Shown here one piece after another: positions 63,411-64,000 of a DNA stretch of 64,000 bases. The notes below the pieces were generated by a model. That model made no database searches and was not told where the DNA came from. It saw nothing but the letters and a program-made list of their open reading frames with translations. The DNA comes from Camelus ferus (taxonomy: Eukaryota). Within the stretch, counting starts at the first letter, position 1; each line of letters begins with the position of its first letter. Position numbers and translations under genes: made by a program. Location of the stretch: assembly GCF_009834535.1 (NCBI RefSeq), contig NC_045696.1, positions 106,642,001 through 106,706,000 on the forward strand. The letters are read 5' to 3'.

Positions 63411-64000
63411 CAATAGCACAGTTATCTATTCAAACAGGTCTCTTGAGCACCTTCCATATGCCAGGCACTGATCCAGGCATTTGGAGATCTGAGTTACTCC
63501 AGAGATCCTGTATCTGCACATGTGCATCTAACTCAATCTTTATGCAATTGCCTAGCATCTAATAGGGTTGCATCACTGTCTTCCATATCAGATTTCTTTT
63601 GGAAGGACATCTGAGGAATTCACTGAAGTTGAGAATATTTTGATTTTGAGTTGATCCTTGCTAGGGTTAGAATTCCTCCCAGCTCTGTACCACCTGAAAA
63701 TGTGACTCATACATCTTCTTCATGACACTGAAAGTAATGCTGAACTTTGCAGAGTGACTTGGCACTGTCCCAGAAAATGCCCACGATTTTGCTATGGGTT
63801 CTAAATTCTCATAGTAGGGATCTGTCAGCTTCCACTGAACGACTTCCTGGTCAACAGTTCGCTCCCTTCCTTCTCTTAACCCCCTGAGGAGGTACTCTAT
63901 TTTGCAGAATCAGGCTGGCAGCCTGCCTGGGTATGTCTGGGGCTTTCTAAGAGTTAGTTGTGTTTGCCTCAAGCTTATTTATACCAATTGTTCTTGCTAC

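Overview
Mammalian genomic DNA, most likely camelid given the tRNA-Ala-derived Vic-1-type SINEs. It is centred on the single-exon SoxB2 gene SOX14 (minus strand, CDS 35016->34294, 240 aa, HMG box). SOX14 lies inside a ~12 kb cluster of CpG islands (~27.6-39.6 kb) and a long transposon-poor interval. The flanks are gene desert filled with L1, L2, MIR, MLT1/LTR16 and DNA-transposon relics, plus several non-repetitive motif-dense blocks that look like developmental enhancers. No other protein-coding gene is supported; the remaining ORFs look like GC-rich or repeat-derived noise. I cannot support a novel multi-gene system here. The best leads are the SOX14 cis-regulatory landscape (especially an E-box/GATA/Fox/homeobox block ~5 kb downstream), a uORF, palindromes, a tailless 5S retropseudogene and a few duplications. 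Repeat family names are by-eye matches to remembered consensus sequences, and repeat boundaries are approximate unless a TSD or TIR is given.
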